Shown here one piece after another: positions 60,279 to 64,000 of a DNA stretch of 64,000 nucleotides; the stretch's first letter is position 1; every line of letters begins with the position of its first letter. The stretch is from Azolla caroliniana (lineage: Eukaryota > Plantae > Polypodiophyta), in contig JBHGNT010000001.1 of NCBI GenBank assembly GCA_043228905.1, positions 8,804,001-8,868,000 on the forward strand, read 5' to 3'. Below the pieces are notes generated by a model that was not told the DNA's origin, made no database searches, and saw nothing but the letters and a program-made list of their open reading frames with translations. The position numbers and the translations under genes are program-made.

Positions 60279-63200
60279 ATGGTTGACACAACAACAGGAA
60301 GTGACTTGATGATTGTCGATGGATGTGGTAGTAATGATGGTTGTGAAAATTACAAGGGGCAAAAATGTATCGATTCTACAGAGCATGAGAAAACATCATA
60401 TGCTGCTATTCTTGGTGGGAAAGGTGTTATTGGAGATGGTTATGATATTGATAGTCGTCGTGATTTTGTTAAGGCTTTGCTTTCTGATTTTATGGAAAAA
60501 AATGAGAAAGATGCTAAAGATTGTGTGGAGGAGGATGTTGTAGAGGTGGTGATGGAGACCAAGTCTATGTTAACAACTTTTGATAGGTTCTATGATTGTG
60601 GTGTTATTTTGTATTTCATTAGTAAACTTCCTTTGTTATCATGGATTAAGCAGTGGTTGAATTCATTCATAACGCGTAATTGTGTTGAGGATGTGTATGT
60701 GGGTCCAAGAGGTTTTTATGATTTGGTTTTTCGATTGTTAGAACACCATACGACTTTGATGGCAAAGGTACCAATCTTTTTTGATAAAAGATCAGTGCAT
60801 GTGATGGAATGGGTTCCGGTGGTGGATTATAGAGATTTATTAAAACAACAATGTCCAATTTGGGTGACTGTTGATTGTAGTAACTCATTCTTTTGGGATT
60901 TACTACTAGGATTGATGTCTCAAATTGGTAAAGTTTTGGTTGCTCATGTTAATTCATTGAATAAATGTAGATTTTGCATGTTATGGGATACAAGTTGTAA
61001 ACTTCCAGGGTGGTTGAGTATAGATACATCCTAATTTGGTCGATTTCGTTTTAAGCTTCAATGGGAGACTTTTGTAGGACATTGTTTTAAATGTGGTAAA
61101 TTGGGGCATTTTATGGCAGAATGCCAATATCATGGTGAACTATCCCTAGAAAAATTATGTCAAAGGGAAAAATAAGGAAGATGTTGAGAAGGATATTGTA
61201 TCAACGGTTGATATGGTCATGGATGAGGGAACATCTCATAGGTTAGAGCGAGATCCTAAAGTTCATGGTGATATTTGAGGTGTTGGGGAGGAGAATGGAG
61301 TATGTATTAATGATGACCCAAATGTTGAAGATGAAGAGTGGCATCAAGTGAAGCATAAGATAAAATGGAAGGGTGTTGCCATACAATTAGGGACACAAAA
61401 AATACTAATTGCAAGGCATTACCAAAAGATAATGCCTTAAGATTGAATGAGGGCTTTAAGAAAAATCCTTGGCAGAAACAAGTGCGACATCAAAGAGTGT
61501 CCAACCAATTACAATCCGATTCTTCAGGACGGGTGGTGCGACCTCAATTAAATCAAGGACTTCGTTCTCGTGGAGCTAGACGACAAAACCCTATTATTGG
61601 TGGAGGGGATGTAGTACACACAAATCCTTATGCAACTCTTGAACAAGTAGTTAGTACATTCAAGAATACACTTGCTCATAAAGAGCAAGCTCTAACTAAA
61701 GGTGTTAAATGAAAGTGGTATCATGGAATGTGCGAGGGGCATCTTCTCCTCATAAGAAATATATATTATAGAAAACTTTATTTTATGTGCAGTTGACCAT
61801 AAGTATCATGATTTAGCAGGATCTGTGTTACATTTGCGTGGATATTCCTCATATTATGCAGACCAATTATCACATCATTACTCAGGGGTAGTCATGATTA
61901 TTCGTGATTTGTTTTGTCCACATATAGCCTATAACGATCCATATGGACGTTTTTTGGTGATGGAAGTCAAGTATTTTGAGGATTTGATATGGTTGGTAGG
62001 AACCTATGGACCCAATAATGCTAATCAAAGCATTGAGTTATGGTCTTCAATGTATCCACGATTATTAATGGGTCGTGCTAGTTTGTTAATGGGCGATTTT
62101 AATACGCATGTTGATGCTTCACAATCTACTTCAAGATTCTCATTGATGTTTTGAATGTTCAAATGGCTACCGATTATGCTCGACATACACATAAAGAAAT
62201 GGTAATGGTGCAATTAGATTTGGAAAAAGCATACGATCATGTTAATTGGTCTTTCCTCTCAAGTGTTATGTATAATATGGGGTTTGGTCCTCATATATGT
62301 CGACTTATGTTTTTGCTAGGGCAAAATACAACCTCGTGTGTGATGCATAATGGCGGAGTTACTCCGAAAGTGTTTCTTACTAGATCTGTGTGGCAAGGAT
62401 ATCCACTAAGCCCGTTGTTATTTGCTATTGTTACACATCCTTTATTAGTAATGGTCAAATCTTACGGCCAATGGTGATATTGTGGGTTTGCATCTTACTT
62501 CTGGTGGACAATTGGTGACACAAGCATTGGCTGATGATTCTTTTATGTTTTTACAAGCCTCAAAAGAAAATCTTGAAAGGAGTATGCAAGTTTGGGATCA
62601 ATTTGCTTTGGCTTCAGGGTTGTATATAAATCGGAGGAAGTCTTGCCTTATTTCTTGTACAGAGAGTGATTTGGAATGTTTGGGATGGCGAAGGTCAATG
62701 ATTACATGATGATAAATATATTGACATTTGGGTTATCCATTGGATGTTGATGTTGCAAATGTTCAATTGATTGATTGGATTGGTAGTAAATTGAAGGACA
62801 AATTTATGTATTGGAAGTCTCAATTATGGCCCTTTCATGTACGACAAAAAGTGGTGCAATGTATCTTGATACCCATATTATTATATTTTTTGCCTTTACT
62901 ACCTTGAACTAAGAAGGCATTACAAAACATGTTACAACCTATTCCGTTCATGTTGTGGCGGAAGGGAGAAATGATGGGAGTTACATGGATTTCATGGGAT
63001 CATTTGGCTACTCCTAAAAGGTTAGGTGGTACATCAATATTGGATTTGGAAATGCATTTGGTGGCTCGTAGATTTGCATTATTACGAGATATTTTTCAAC
63101 AAGATCAACCATGGATATCTATGATGCAATATTTTACTAAGCATGAAGGATTGGTGCGCGGGAAAATAAAGATTCAAGCATCCTGGTGGTCATTACTCAA

Positions 63201-64000
63201 TGGAAGCATTCCTCTAAAGATTTGACATTCTGTATGTGGACAACATTTGGTAAGATCATGGCAAGATGCATTATCTCTTTTTGAATGGGGACCATCAAGT
63301 GATTGAGAAGCTTGTAATTCATTACAAAATGAATTGCTTGTTTCTTCTCGAGTTTTGATTTGGCATGGGAAAGAGAAGTTGAGATCTCAATTCAATTGTT
63401 TATTTCGATTGGGGATTGTACATTTGGAAGATGTGGTTGATAATGAATCTCAAAGGTAGTCGGAATTTGAAGATGGCAAGCGATGGTTATGTATTCTCCC
63501 AAATTATGGATTTATTTGGGAGAAATTACAAGATATACCATTGTCACAAGGATCTTTGCCATTGAAAACAAATTTTGCACCTTGGGTGGATTGGCGGTTA
63601 CAAGATGGTACACTCTTGTTACAGGTCACTATAAATATATTGTATCATCATGCGATGGCATCATTATCTTGGCTATCTCCTAAAGCAGAGAAGTTGTCGA
63701 ATGTATGTAAGTCAGATGCAAGGTGGTGGAAAATATTACAACGTAGTTGGCATTCCCATCTACCATTTCGTGCAAAGGTATTCATATGGAGAGTCATGAT
63801 TGGTGGGCTCCGATTAGGTTTGGTCTTAAAGAGACAAGGACTAGGGTCTGGGACTTGTTTCTTTTGCAAAATTCCATTGGAGGATAGTACACATAGGTTC
63901 ATTAAATTTCCTATAGCGTGTACCATTTGGAAGTACTTAACAGACTTTTGGCAAGTTTTAATCCGTTGTTGTTTGAGACCTCAACAATGGGTTTTTTCTC
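60279..64000 (+). mobile_element. Second decayed L1-clade LINE of the same group, internally deleted, running off the window
   Basis: ORF1 from 60279 is homologous to 44238+ (CFKCGKLGHFMAEC near 61083). ORF2 ATG at 61709 overlaps the ORF1 TGA. QLDLEKAYDHVNW, QGYPLSPLLF, LADD. Confidence 0.92.

Overview
Eukaryotic, land-plant-type genomic DNA (probably a seed-free plant such as a fern; this is inference from the transposon types). It holds two intact, divergently oriented spliced genes in nested retrotransposons: a 20-exon dihydroxyacetone/triose kinase (DAK, minus strand, 19221-28296, about 591 aa) and a PP4 regulatory subunit 2 gene (PP4R2, plus strand, 52911-56511, about 334 aa). Mobile elements: two young full-length Ty1/copia elements with intact polyproteins, an older copia lacking all of RT/RNase H, two decayed Ty3/gypsy elements, two related L1-type LINEs whose RT motif is LADD/LVDD, a MITE-like element and several solo LTRs. 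I found no novel host-gene system. The two strongest unexplained signals are (i) a clan of related solo LTRs (TGTYRTG...CGCGACA) with 4-bp, CpG-centred target duplications (ACGC twice, CCGT/CCTT once), and (ii) TATA boxes embedded in inverted repeats in several copia LTRs, with compensatory stem changes between two related LTRs. All alignments were done by eye; no database searches were run.
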